Assembly (NCBI GenBank): GCA_035344155.1
Contig: DAORAL010000005.1
Span: 38,465 to 102,464 of the forward strand
Source of the DNA: Phycisphaerae bacterium
Lineage (GTDB): Bacteria > Planctomycetota > Phycisphaerae > UBA1845
DNA length: 64,000 bases
Reading direction: 5' to 3'
This document shows positions 10,114 to 19,417 of this stretch, in pieces. Both the position numbers and the translations under genes were made by a program. How positions within the stretch are numbered: position 1 is the first letter of the stretch; each line of letters starts with the position of its first letter. The notes under the pieces are model-generated. The model was not told where the DNA came from, searched no databases, and worked only from the letters and a program-made list of their open reading frames with translations.

Positions 10114-11450
10114 GCGAGATGCATCGCATTTTGGTGGTTGATGATTCGGCGTCGACCCTTGAAGTGATTCGACGGAATCTCGAATCGCAGGCCTATCACG
10201 TGGTCACTGCCGGTGGTGTTCACGAAGCGGTCGAGCATCTGAAAGTGGCCGACGTCGATGTTGTTATCACTGACCTGCGCATGCCCAAGGTTGGCGGATT
10301 GGATCTCATTCGCCATATCCGAGCGCGCTATCCGCGCTGCGGCGTCATCATGATCACCGGATATGCCTCGGTTGATACAGCCGTCTCGGCGATGCGGGAA
10401 GGTGCTGAAGATTATCTCGCAAAACCGTTCACCGACAACGAACTCTTGGCATCTGTCGCGCGAACGATTGAGAAGGTTCGCGCCCGCAAGATTCTCGACG
10501 CTGAATCAAACTCCGAATCAAGGGAACCGCCCCCGGGAATCGTTGGAGCATCCGCGGTTATGGGCGAGGTTTATCGTTCAATTGCCCGAGCCGCAGCCAA
10601 CGCCGCAACCGTGCTCATTACCGGCGAAAGCGGTACGGGCAAGGAACTCGTCGCGCGGGCGATCCACTATCAGGGTGAACGTGCGTCGGCTCCTTTCGTG
10701 GCGGTCAATTGCGCGGGCATTCCCGAGGGACTGGTTGAAAGCGAACTATTCGGTCACACAAAAGGGGCCTTTACGGGCGCGTCCAAAACACGTGCGGGTT
10801 TCTTTCTGACCGCGCATCATGGGACGATCTTTCTGGACGAGATTGCTGAGTTGGCGTCGTTGACTCAAGCCAAGCTGTTGCGTGTACTCGAGGATAAGGA
10901 AGTGCAACTTGTCGGATCTGAGCGCACGCGACGGGTTGATGTTCGCATTATTGCCGCAACCAACAAAGACCTTGCCGCCTTGGTCCGCAAGTCTGAGTTT
11001 CGGGAAGACCTGTTCTTTCGACTCAACGTTCTCACAATTGAACTTCCACCGCTGCGCGACCGCGGGGACGATGTGCTTCTACTCGTGCGGCATTTTCTTG
11101 AGAAGTACGGCTCGCTTTCCGTTGGCCAATTGCCGCAGCTGACCGATCGCGCCCTCGCCGCCCTGCGACAGTACCATTGGCCGGGCAATGTTCGCGAACT
11201 TGAAAACGTTCTGCAGCGGGCCATCGTGATGTCCGATGATGGCGTCATCGACGTTGCCAACCTCCCCTCTGTGATGCAATTCGCGATCCCTGGCGACGGT
11301 GACGTCAACAGCACGTTGGCCCAGATCGAGCAGAATCACATTCGAAGGGTGCTCGCTGGTGTCGAGGGCAACAAGACCCGGGCGGCTGAAATTCTCGGTA
11401 TCGACCGCAAGACGCTTCGCGAAAAACTAAAGCAAATGGACAATGCCTAG
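10110..11450 (+). CDS. sigma-54-dependent response regulator (NtrC family: REC-AAA+-Fis HTH)
   Basis: REC domain (ILVVDDS...VVITDLRMPKVGG). Walker A GESGTGKE, sigma-54 contact loop GAFTGA, C-terminal HTH GNKTRAAEILGIDRKTLREKL. 4-nt overlap with the kinase gene. Confidence 0.9.
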   Translation: MSEMHRILVVDDSASTLEVIRRNLESQAYHVVTAGGVHEAVEHLKVADVDVVITDLRMPKVGGLDLIRHIRARYPRCGVIMITGYASVDTAVSAMREGAEDYLAKPFTDNELLASVARTIEKVRARKILDAESNSESREPPPGIVGASAVMGEVYRSIARAAANAATVLITGESGTGKELVARAIHYQGERASAPFVAVNCAGIPEGLVESELFGHTKGAFTGASKTRAGFFLTAHHGTIFLDEIAELASLTQAKLLRVLEDKEVQLVGSERTRRVDVRIIAATNKDLAALVRKSEFREDLFFRLNVLTIELPPLRDRGDDVLLLVRHFLEKYGSLSVGQLPQLTDRALAALRQYHWPGNVRELENVLQRAIVMSDDGVIDVANLPSVMQFAIPGDGDVNSTLAQIEQNHIRRVLAGVEGNKTRAAEILGIDRKTLREKLKQMDNA

Positions 11451-11651
11451 CCGCCCGAATGGCCTCCCGCCATCCCGGCTGACAGTGGGGCGGAATTCCC
11501 CGGTGGGACATTTTGTACCGCTGGCGTGCTGTGGCCTACTGTGTGGTTCGGTTGCCGCACCATCTCTGCCATCGACTTCAAATCGCTGAAATCCCTTATC
11601 CAAAACAGGTTGCGCATACGCACCACGCCTTAATACCGCAGCGGGTCTTGC

Positions 11652-11667
11652 TGGTACGCGCCGTGCC
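11652..11667 (+). promoter_or_regulatory. candidate sigma-54 (-24/-12) promoter upstream of the rnk-like/gdh genes
   Basis: TGGTACGcgccGTGCC has GG and GC with canonical GG-N10-GC spacing. It has 3 mismatches to TGGCACG-N4-TTGCW. It lies ~65 nt upstream of ATG 11732 and directly downstream of the NtrC-type activator gene. Confidence 0.3.
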
Positions 11668-11731
11668 ATAAGTCCCCACGCAACCGCGTCTGACATTCGC
11701 ATGTCAAGCGAGAGCGCGGTGGAGCGAACCC

Positions 11732-12136
11732 ATGGAGCAAGGTCCCATCAACATTTCAGTCACCGACCTGCCGCGGCTTCGGGAATTGTTGTGCGCGTTG
11801 AACTCGCGATACCTGAACGCGCGTCCCGACTTGCAGGTGCTGAAGTCCAGGCTCGCCAAAGCCGTGGTCGTTGCGAACGAAAAAGTTCCCGACGATGTCG
11901 TCACCGTGGACTCGGAGGTGTGTCTAAGTGACAGCCGCACCGGCGCCCAGATTCGCTGCAGCATCGTTTACCCGGAATCCGCGGAAGCAGCGGCGGGCCG
12001 TATCTCTGTGCTTGCACCGTTGGGCGTTGCTTTGCTGGGGCGTCGCGCGGGCGAACAAGTATCGTTTGACGCCCCGGAAGGCCCGCGAACGTGCAGGATC
12101 TTAAACGTGCAGCATGGCCCGCATTTGGATTCTTAA
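11732..12136 (+). CDS. GreA/GreB-family protein, Rnk (nucleoside diphosphate kinase regulator)-like
   Basis: C-terminal GreA/B-type domain: VTVDSEV...ISVLAPLGVALLGRRAGEQVSFDAPEG. Size is 134 aa. Confidence 0.6.
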   Translation: MEQGPINISVTDLPRLRELLCALNSRYLNARPDLQVLKSRLAKAVVVANEKVPDDVVTVDSEVCLSDSRTGAQIRCSIVYPESAEAAAGRISVLAPLGVALLGRRAGEQVSFDAPEGPRTCRILNVQHGPHLDS

Positions 12137-12224
12137 TCGTCGTGTATATCCGCGGCATTTTGCGGAGAGAAAGTACCGCAGTAACTCATGGCAACACAGT
12201 ATGTTTTGATGCTCAATTAAGGGT

Positions 12225-13517
12225 ATGAAAATGACAAACCGACCTTTCAACGCGTTCGCGATGGCGCAGGCGCAATTCGACAAGATCGCCGACAGTCTCG
12301 GCTTGGATCAAGCCACAAAGGATCTCCTGCGAAATCCCATACGCGAATATCACTTTGCCTTACCGGTGCGGATGGACGACGGAAGCTACAAAGTCTTCCA
12401 AGGGTATCGCGTGCAACACAACGATGCCCGCGGACCCGCGAAGGGTGGCATACGATTTCACCCGCAAGAGACCGTCGACACCGTCCGCGCGCTGTCGATG
12501 TGGATGACCTGGAAGTGCGCCGTAGCCGACCTGCCACTCGGGGGCGGTAAAGGTGGTGTCATCTGCGACCCGCACAACCTGAGTCTAAATGAGCAGCAGA
12601 ACATCTGTCGCGCATATGTGCGGCAGATCGTGCGCGACATCGGACCGATTCGCGACGTGCCGGCGCCCGATGTCATGACCACCGGACAACACATGCTCTG
12701 GATGGTCGACGAGTACGAGAAAATCAATGGTGGGCACTACCCTGGTGCGATCACCGGGAAGCCGGTGGGGATGGGCGGGTCGCTAGGGCGGACCGAAGCG
12801 ACGGGGTTTGGCTTGGTATTTGCGCTGCGTGAAGCGTTGAAGGAACTCGACATTCGTCCACAAGATACCACTGCATGTGTGCAGGGTTTTGGAAACGTGG
12901 CCCAGTATGCCGTGGAACTTTATGAGCAAATCGGCGGAACGGTGATCGCCGTATCCTGCTGGGACCAGGAAGCACAGAAGCCCCACACATTCCGCAAACA
13001 AGACGGCATCAACATCACGGAGCTGCGCGGCATCACCGACCGATTCGGCGGAATCAGCAAATCCAAAGCCGTGGAGCTTGGCTACGAGGTTCTGCCGGGT
13101 GAAGCCTGGATTGAGCAGGACGTTGACATCCTGATGCCGTGCGCGCTGGAAAACTCGGTTACCGAAGAGAATGTCGTCAACGTTTCGAAACGGGTGAAGA
13201 TCATCGCCGAGGGAGCCAATGGTCCGACGACGCCGGAAGCCGACCACGTGCTGCGCGAACGCGGCGTGTTTGTGATTCCAGATTTTCTGGCAAACGCGGG
13301 CGGGGTCACGTGCAGCTACCTCGAACAGGTGCAGAGCAACATGAATTACTTCTGGGAGAAGGACGAGGTTCTCGGCAAGCTCGACGTGATGATGACATCG
13401 GCTTTCGTCGCGGTCAGCGAAATGGCGCGAAAGCGGAACCTGTACATGCGCGATGCTGCATACACCATTGCCATCGCCCGCGTCGCGCAGGCGTGCAAAG
13501 ATCGTGGATGGGTGTAA
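12225..13517 (+). CDS. gdh: glutamate dehydrogenase (Glu/Leu/Phe/Val dehydrogenase family)
   Basis: Motifs RGPAKGGIRFHP, LPLGGGKGGV and the dinucleotide fold VQGFGNVAQ. Size is 430 aa. Confidence 0.9.
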   Translation: MKMTNRPFNAFAMAQAQFDKIADSLGLDQATKDLLRNPIREYHFALPVRMDDGSYKVFQGYRVQHNDARGPAKGGIRFHPQETVDTVRALSMWMTWKCAVADLPLGGGKGGVICDPHNLSLNEQQNICRAYVRQIVRDIGPIRDVPAPDVMTTGQHMLWMVDEYEKINGGHYPGAITGKPVGMGGSLGRTEATGFGLVFALREALKELDIRPQDTTACVQGFGNVAQYAVELYEQIGGTVIAVSCWDQEAQKPHTFRKQDGINITELRGITDRFGGISKSKAVELGYEVLPGEAWIEQDVDILMPCALENSVTEENVVNVSKRVKIIAEGANGPTTPEADHVLRERGVFVIPDFLANAGGVTCSYLEQVQSNMNYFWEKDEVLGKLDVMMTSAFVAVSEMARKRNLYMRDAAYTIAIARVAQACKDRGWV

Positions 13518-13543
13518 GTCAGTTGAATGTCGCCTGTGTTTGA

Positions 13544-15319
13544 ATGTCGCCCGCGATGAGGAATGGAGCTTCGATGGACGCCGAAAACGGTACAACCATG
13601 TTTCCCGCGTTTGACCGGAAGTTCTTCGACTCCGATGAGGACTTCACCGTCATCGGCGGTGGCGAACTTGGCGGCAAGGCGCTGGGATTGGCCGCCGCAA
13701 AGCGCATCATCGCCGAGTCCGGACTGGCGAACGAATTCGCCGGATTGGATGTCAGCATTCCGCGGCTTACTGTTGTTGGCACCGATGTCTTTGAGCAGTT
13801 CATGACGCAGAACGGCCTGTACGAAATCGCCAGCGCCGACTCAACGGACGAGCGCATCGCGCATGCATTTCTTCAAGGCGAGCTACCTCCGTTGATCGTC
13901 GGCGACCTCCGCGCCCTGATCGCGCGTATCACGACACCGCTGGCAGTGCGCTCATCCAGTTTGTTGGAGGATGCGCTGAAGCACCCGTTCGCCGGCGTTT
14001 ACGCTACCAAGATGGTTCCGAACAACCAGGCTGCAATCAACGATCGATTCAAGAAGCTTGCCGAAGCAATCAAGTTTGTCTGGGCGTCCACTTTCTTTAA
14101 CGATGCCAGGTGCTACATGCGCACGATCGGGCATGATATCCGTGACGAACGCATGGCCGTCGTCATTCAGGAAGTCGTCGGCGAGCGCTTCAACGACCGG
14201 TTCTATCCGATTGTCTCTGGCGTCGTCCGCACGCACAATTTCTATCCGACCGGACCCGCCGGGCATGAGGACGGCGTAGCCAATCTGGCGCTTGGCCTGG
14301 GCAAGACAATTGTGGACGGCGGGGTGACCTGGACATACAGCCCAAGTTATCCGCGTCATGCCCCGCCGTACGCTTCGCCCCGTGATCTGCTGCAGAATAC
14401 TCAGACGCAGTTGTGGGCGGTGAACATGCAGCCCGCCCGCTATGATCCAATCAGTGAATCGGAATACTTGGTGCAGGTCGGACTCGACGATGCGGAGCGT
14501 GACGATGTGCTGCGCTATACCGCGTCGACCTATGATTCTCAGGCGGATCGCTTGGTGCTGGGGATCGGGCGCAAGGGACCGCGGGCGCTGACGTTTGGCC
14601 CGTTGCTCGAATTGGACGATGTGCCGCTGAACCCGTTGATTGAGCGAATGGCAAAGACGTGCAAGGACACGCTAGGGTGCGACGTTGAAATCGAATTCGC
14701 GATGACGCTGGACCGGCGTTCGGGTCTGCCTGCAAGGCTGGGTTTCTTGCAGGTCCGCCCAATGATGGTCGCAGACGAACAAATTGAAGTTAAGGAAACG
14801 GATTTGCACGACGAGCGGGCGCTCTTGGCCAGCGACCTTGTGTTGGGCAATGGCGAAAGCACATCCATTGTCGACCTGGTCTATGTCAAGCCGGTAGCGT
14901 TTGATCCGAAGTACACGAGGGTGATCGCCGCAGAGATTGAGAAGTTCAATACAACCCTGCTTGCGGAGCAACGCGACTATGCTCTGATTGGATTTGGTCG
15001 CTGGGGCAGCAGCGATCCGTGGCTTGGCATTCCGGTAACTTGGCCGCAGATTTCCGGCGCCCGCGTGATCGTCGAGGCAACCTTGCCCGATATGAACGTG
15101 GATGCGAGCCAGGGCTCGCACTTTTTCCACAACATGATCAGTTTTGGCGTGCAGTACTTTACCGTGCGGCACAGCAGTGGGTTCGCGATCAACTGGGACT
15201 GGCTTGATCGGCAACCGTCGACGGCGGAAACTGAATTGGTTCGACACGTGCGCCTGGACGCGCCGCTCACGGTTCGCGTGGATGGACGTCGCGGGCGGGG
15301 CGTCATTCTGCACGGATGA
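13544..15319 (+). CDS. PEP/pyruvate-binding (PPDK_N-type ATP-grasp) domain protein with an uncharacterised C-terminal domain
   Basis: GGGELGGKALGLA, LAVRSSSLLEDAL and EIEFAMTL...LGFLQVRPM are typical of the nucleotide-binding domain of PEP synthase/PPDK. No phosphohistidine swivel motif (TSHAA-type) is seen. The C-terminal domain carries GFGRWGSSDPWLG...SQGSHFFHN. Confidence 0.75.
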   Translation: MSPAMRNGASMDAENGTTMFPAFDRKFFDSDEDFTVIGGGELGGKALGLAAAKRIIAESGLANEFAGLDVSIPRLTVVGTDVFEQFMTQNGLYEIASADSTDERIAHAFLQGELPPLIVGDLRALIARITTPLAVRSSSLLEDALKHPFAGVYATKMVPNNQAAINDRFKKLAEAIKFVWASTFFNDARCYMRTIGHDIRDERMAVVIQEVVGERFNDRFYPIVSGVVRTHNFYPTGPAGHEDGVANLALGLGKTIVDGGVTWTYSPSYPRHAPPYASPRDLLQNTQTQLWAVNMQPARYDPISESEYLVQVGLDDAERDDVLRYTASTYDSQADRLVLGIGRKGPRALTFGPLLELDDVPLNPLIERMAKTCKDTLGCDVEIEFAMTLDRRSGLPARLGFLQVRPMMVADEQIEVKETDLHDERALLASDLVLGNGESTSIVDLVYVKPVAFDPKYTRVIAAEIEKFNTTLLAEQRDYALIGFGRWGSSDPWLGIPVTWPQISGARVIVEATLPDMNVDASQGSHFFHNMISFGVQYFTVRHSSGFAINWDWLDRQPSTAETELVRHVRLDAPLTVRVDGRRGRGVILHG

Positions 15320-18300
15320 TCGAAAGGGACCGGAGGCATTCCATGGCGGAACAAGACCAACGTGTCGCAGACATTCTTCGATCACTGCAAGAGCGTGCGA
15401 AAGAGTTAAACTGCCTCTACCGGGTCGAAGAAATTACGAACAATGAAAAAGCCTCGATGGACGAGGTGCTGCGCGGCGTCATCGAGGTGATTCCACCCGG
15501 TTGGCAGTATCCCAACATCTGCGCAGCCCGCATTCGCATCAACGCTACCGTTTACGTCTCAAGAAATTTCGGCGAATCGAATTGGTCGCAGATTGCGAAG
15601 ATCAAAGTCTATGGTGAACCGATTGGAACCATCGAGGTTGTCTATACGGACCAGATGCCCCAGGCGGATGAGGGTCCGTTTCTTAAGGAAGAGCGCAAAC
15701 TTCTAGAGACCATCGCCGATCGTATTGGGAGCTGCATCACGCATCGCCGCTTGGTCGAGACGATGCAGAGCATGCATGGTCTTGAGCAAGCGACTCCGCG
15801 CCGAGATCGTGAGTGGGGGGCAATTCTGGACCTGCTCAGACGAACCGATCAGAGCCTGCTCATGCGCGTCGCCCGCAAGATGATCAACCACCTCTGCTGG
15901 AGCGGTGTGCGTGATGCCGAACGCTTGTTGCAACGGTTTGGGCCGCAGCAGAGGTTCGACGAGCCGGACGTGTTCATCGAGTCCAACCAACCAAGACAGA
16001 AGAACGCAGCACCGCCGGCTACGGCGCTGGCGGATGAAGTTTTTGATCTTGCAGCCGCCAGTCTCAGCGACGACGAGATCATTTCCTGCGTTCACAAGTG
16101 GATCAAGCAAGACCGTGCCAGCTTTTTGGTCAACACGCTGGAGAATTACCACACAGCGATTTCAGAAGTTGCGGACGCCATTCAACGCTACCAGCATGCC
16201 GGGCATGGCGAAGTGGAACTTTCACACTCGACGCGGAAGGGGCTGCTCGTTGCATTGGTACGGCGATTTCTTTCCGACCAACTTGAGTACATCAACGTCG
16301 CCAAGAACTACGTCGAGATCAAGGATTTTCACCAATTGATTCGTCGGCTGATTTATCCAGCACGCGGTCACGGCAAAACCGGCGGTAAAGGGGCGGGTCT
16401 CTTCCTGGCGTACCAGATCGTTCAAACGCACAAGGATGAAGACAAGTTTCTCGCGGAGATCAAGACGCCAAAGACCTGGTATCTCACGTCGGACGGTATG
16501 CACGATTTTGTCTACTGCAATCATCTCGAAGACGTTTTCTCGCAGAAATACAAGGAGATCGACGAAGTACGCCAGGAATACCCTGACATCGTGCAGGTCT
16601 TTAAGAACTCGCAGTTCTCGGCGACGATCGTCAAAGGGTTGTCGCTCGCGCTCGATGATCTCGGTGACAAGCCGCTGATCGTGCGGAGTTCGAGTCTGCT
16701 TGAGGACCGCTTCGGCGCTGCTTTCTCCGGCAAGTACAAGAGTCTCTTTCTCGCCAATCGCGGTAGCAAGCAGGAACGTCTCGATGCCTTAATGGATGCA
16801 ATCGCAGAGGTTTACGCATCCACCTTTGGACCGGATCCAATTCAATATCGCGCCGAACGCAATCTCCTTGATTTCCAGGAAGGCATGGGGGTTCTCATCC
16901 AGGAAGTCGTGGGCGCGCGGGTGGGCGACTACTATTTGCCCGCCTTCGCCGGCGTCGCCTTCAGCCACAACGAATTTCGCTGGTCGCCGCGCATCAAACG
17001 CGAGGACGGACTTTTGCGACTCGTGCCCGGTTTGGGCACGCGCGCTGTGGATCGACTTGGAGACGACTACCCCGTGCTGGTGTCACCGGGCCAACCCGGT
17101 CTACGCGCCAACGCCACGCCGGAAGAAGTCATGCGCTACGCTCCGCGTTACCTCGATGTGATCAATCTCAACACCAACAAATTTGAAACGATAGGCGTGC
17201 GAGAGTTTCTGCAATCGGCAGGCGACGAACTGCCGGCCGCCGAAATGCTTGTCTCGATCTACGAAGAGAATCACCTGCGCCCGCCGCTGGTGGGCAGCAT
17301 CAATTTCGAGCGCGATGATTTGGTGGTGACGTTTGAAGGATTGCTCAACCGGACGCCGTTCATCAAGCAAATGCACGCGCTCCTTAGTCTATTGAAAAGA
17401 GAAGTCAAACACCCAGTTGATATCGAGTTCGCCTCTGATGGGAAGGACTTGTATCTTCTGCAGTGTCGTGCCCAAGCCCCTGCGAAATCCACGCGACCGG
17501 CGCCGATTCCTCGCGATATTTCTCATCAGCGACTGATATTCTCCGCCAATCGCTACGTCTCCAACGGGATCGTGCCCAACATCACCCACATCGTCTACGT
17601 CGACCCCGAGCGATATGGCCAACTTGCGACGAGAGAGGAAATGCTCGCGGTCGGCCGGGCTGTGGGCAGGCTCAATAAGCTGTTGCCAAAGCGGCAATTT
17701 GTTTTGATGGGACCCGGTAGGTGGGGGAGTCGCGGTGACGTCCGACTTGGCGTGTCGGTAACGTATTCGGACATCAACAACACCGCGATGCTCGTCGAGA
17801 TCGCGCGTCGAAGGGGCGATTATACGCCGGACGTATCGTTCGGAACACACTTCTTCCAGGATTTGGTGGAGTCTGAGATTCGCTATCTGCCTTTGTATCC
17901 GGATGATGACGACACGGAATTCAACGAGATCTTCCTGACGCGAAGTCCGAATCTTCTTGCAGAAATCGCTCCTGAGTTTGCAGGGCTTGCAGACACCGTC
18001 AAAGTGATCGACGTGCCGCAGACAGCCGATGGAAACGTGTTGTATGTATTGATGAATTCCGAGCTCGACGAAGCCGTCGGTGTGCTTAGCGAACCGACTT
18101 CTCCAGACAATTATTCGATGGACGTTGAGAAATCCTATATTACCCACGAGGGCGCCGATTGGCGTTGGCGAACGCGCATGGCCGAGAGTATCGCCGCCAA
18201 GCTCGACCCTGCGCGCTTCGGAATCAAGGGGCTCTATCTGATTGGAAGTACCAAGAACGCAACCGCCGGGCCAGCGAGCGACATTGACCTGATCGCACAC

Positions 18301-18531
18301 TTTGACGGAACCGACGAGCAACGTCGCGATCTGGAAAAGTGGTTCGAGGGTTGGAGTTTATCGCTGGCCGAAAGCAACTTTTTCAAAACGGGATACCGAA
18401 CCGAAGGCTTGCTTGATGTCCATTTCATCACGGACGAGGACATCGCCCGCGGTTCGAGCTACGCGATCAAGATAGGGGCGGTGACAGACGCGGCTCGCCC
18501 ACTCAAATTGTTAAACTCGGAGTCAACGTAG
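15316..18531 (+). CDS. multidomain protein: GAF-like sensor + PPDK_N-type ATP-grasp + shared C-domain + Pol-beta-type nucleotidyltransferase
   Basis: N-terminus LQERAKELNCLYRVEEI...EGPFLKEERKLLETIADRI is homologous to the kinase sensor. Also GGKGAGLFLA, LIVRSSSLLEDRFGAAFSGKYKS, DIEFASDGKDLYLLQCR and GPGRWGSRGDVRLG...SFGTHFFQD. C-terminal NTase motif is LIGSTKNATAGPASDIDLIAHF. ATGA overlap with the upstream paralog. Confidence 0.75.
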   Translation: MIERDRRHSMAEQDQRVADILRSLQERAKELNCLYRVEEITNNEKASMDEVLRGVIEVIPPGWQYPNICAARIRINATVYVSRNFGESNWSQIAKIKVYGEPIGTIEVVYTDQMPQADEGPFLKEERKLLETIADRIGSCITHRRLVETMQSMHGLEQATPRRDREWGAILDLLRRTDQSLLMRVARKMINHLCWSGVRDAERLLQRFGPQQRFDEPDVFIESNQPRQKNAAPPATALADEVFDLAAASLSDDEIISCVHKWIKQDRASFLVNTLENYHTAISEVADAIQRYQHAGHGEVELSHSTRKGLLVALVRRFLSDQLEYINVAKNYVEIKDFHQLIRRLIYPARGHGKTGGKGAGLFLAYQIVQTHKDEDKFLAEIKTPKTWYLTSDGMHDFVYCNHLEDVFSQKYKEIDEVRQEYPDIVQVFKNSQFSATIVKGLSLALDDLGDKPLIVRSSSLLEDRFGAAFSGKYKSLFLANRGSKQERLDALMDAIAEVYASTFGPDPIQYRAERNLLDFQEGMGVLIQEVVGARVGDYYLPAFAGVAFSHNEFRWSPRIKREDGLLRLVPGLGTRAVDRLGDDYPVLVSPGQPGLRANATPEEVMRYAPRYLDVINLNTNKFETIGVREFLQSAGDELPAAEMLVSIYEENHLRPPLVGSINFERDDLVVTFEGLLNRTPFIKQMHALLSLLKREVKHPVDIEFASDGKDLYLLQCRAQAPAKSTRPAPIPRDISHQRLIFSANRYVSNGIVPNITHIVYVDPERYGQLATREEMLAVGRAVGRLNKLLPKRQFVLMGPGRWGSRGDVRLGVSVTYSDINNTAMLVEIARRRGDYTPDVSFGTHFFQDLVESEIRYLPLYPDDDDTEFNEIFLTRSPNLLAEIAPEFAGLADTVKVIDVPQTADGNVLYVLMNSELDEAVGVLSEPTSPDNYSMDVEKSYITHEGADWRWRTRMAESIAAKLDPARFGIKGLYLIGSTKNATAGPASDIDLIAHFDGTDEQRRDLEKWFEGWSLSLAESNFFKTGYRTEGLLDVHFITDEDIARGSSYAIKIGAVTDAARPLKLLNSEST

Positions 18532-18541
18532 ATCGTTCAAA

Positions 18542-19417
18542 TCAGAGCAGGTCGCGCTTGGCTTCGCTGGGATTTGAAGGGTCGAACCGTACGAGCGCAA
18601 GTTCGGGCCCGTCATGGGCGGCTGAAAGGCACACCGTGTTTCCGATCCGGTCCTGCCATGCGCCGGTGAGTCGCGCCGATTCATGAATGTGGCCGTGGAG
18701 CGTCAGCAGCGGTTGTCGAGATTCGATGAAGCGACGAATCGCGATGCTTCCGACGTGAACATCGACGGGCACGTGATCGATCATTCGTCCGTCGAGTGCC
18801 GCGCGATCGAGTTTGGATTGATAAGGCGGCGCGTGAAAGAGCATGATTGCGCGGTCCATTTCGGCGTTGCCGGCAAGTTGCTCCAGATCGGCTTGAATGG
18901 TCGCGGCGCGTTCCGCACGCATGTCAACAGTCACCGTTCGCTGCCCCTGTTCTGGCGACAGGCAACCCGGATCGACGTATCGGGAAACATCATATCGCTC
19001 CCAGTCTTTGAGCAAAAAGGGCGTGGGTGATACATACGCATAGCCGTAAACAACATACGCCCCAAATTCGACGCGCCCTCCATGCACATATTCCCAAATA
19101 CCCTCTGACCCCGCATCGACAATCGCAGCCTCTTCTGACCGTGGATCGTCATTTCCCAGGATCACGAACACGCGAGGATAATCATCAGCAAGTTCCTGTC
19201 GCAGATCGCAGAGACGCTTGAACAGGTAATCGGTAAGAAAGTCATCGATCGGTCCCTGCTCGGTTGTGATGACGCTGAATTCGGATGGAAACAGGTCTCC
19301 GCCGAGAAACACCGCATGGGGACGCTCACAATCGATTGCGTCAAAGAGCTTCTCATAACGATCGACGCGACCATGAAGATCGGAAGCAAAAAAACAAAGA
19401 GCCGATTGAGATTCCAT
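18542..19417 (-). CDS. calcineurin-like metallophosphoesterase
   Basis: Motifs FFASDLHGR, LGGDLF, ILGNDD, FHAPP, GHIHE. Confidence 0.8.
   Translation of the reverse strand: MESQSALCFFASDLHGRVDRYEKLFDAIDCERPHAVFLGGDLFPSEFSVITTEQGPIDDFLTDYLFKRLCDLRQELADDYPRVFVILGNDDPRSEEAAIVDAGSEGIWEYVHGGRVEFGAYVVYGYAYVSPTPFLLKDWERYDVSRYVDPGCLSPEQGQRTVTVDMRAERAATIQADLEQLAGNAEMDRAIMLFHAPPYQSKLDRAALDGRMIDHVPVDVHVGSIAIRRFIESRQPLLTLHGHIHESARLTGAWQDRIGNTVCLSAAHDGPELALVRFDPSNPSEAKRDLL

Noticed and set aside
13544-18531. Annotating the two PPDK_N proteins as PEP synthase or pyruvate phosphate dikinase.
   Set aside because: Only the ATP-grasp nucleotide-binding domain motifs are visible. The phosphohistidine swivel and PEP/pyruvate TIM-barrel motifs are absent.
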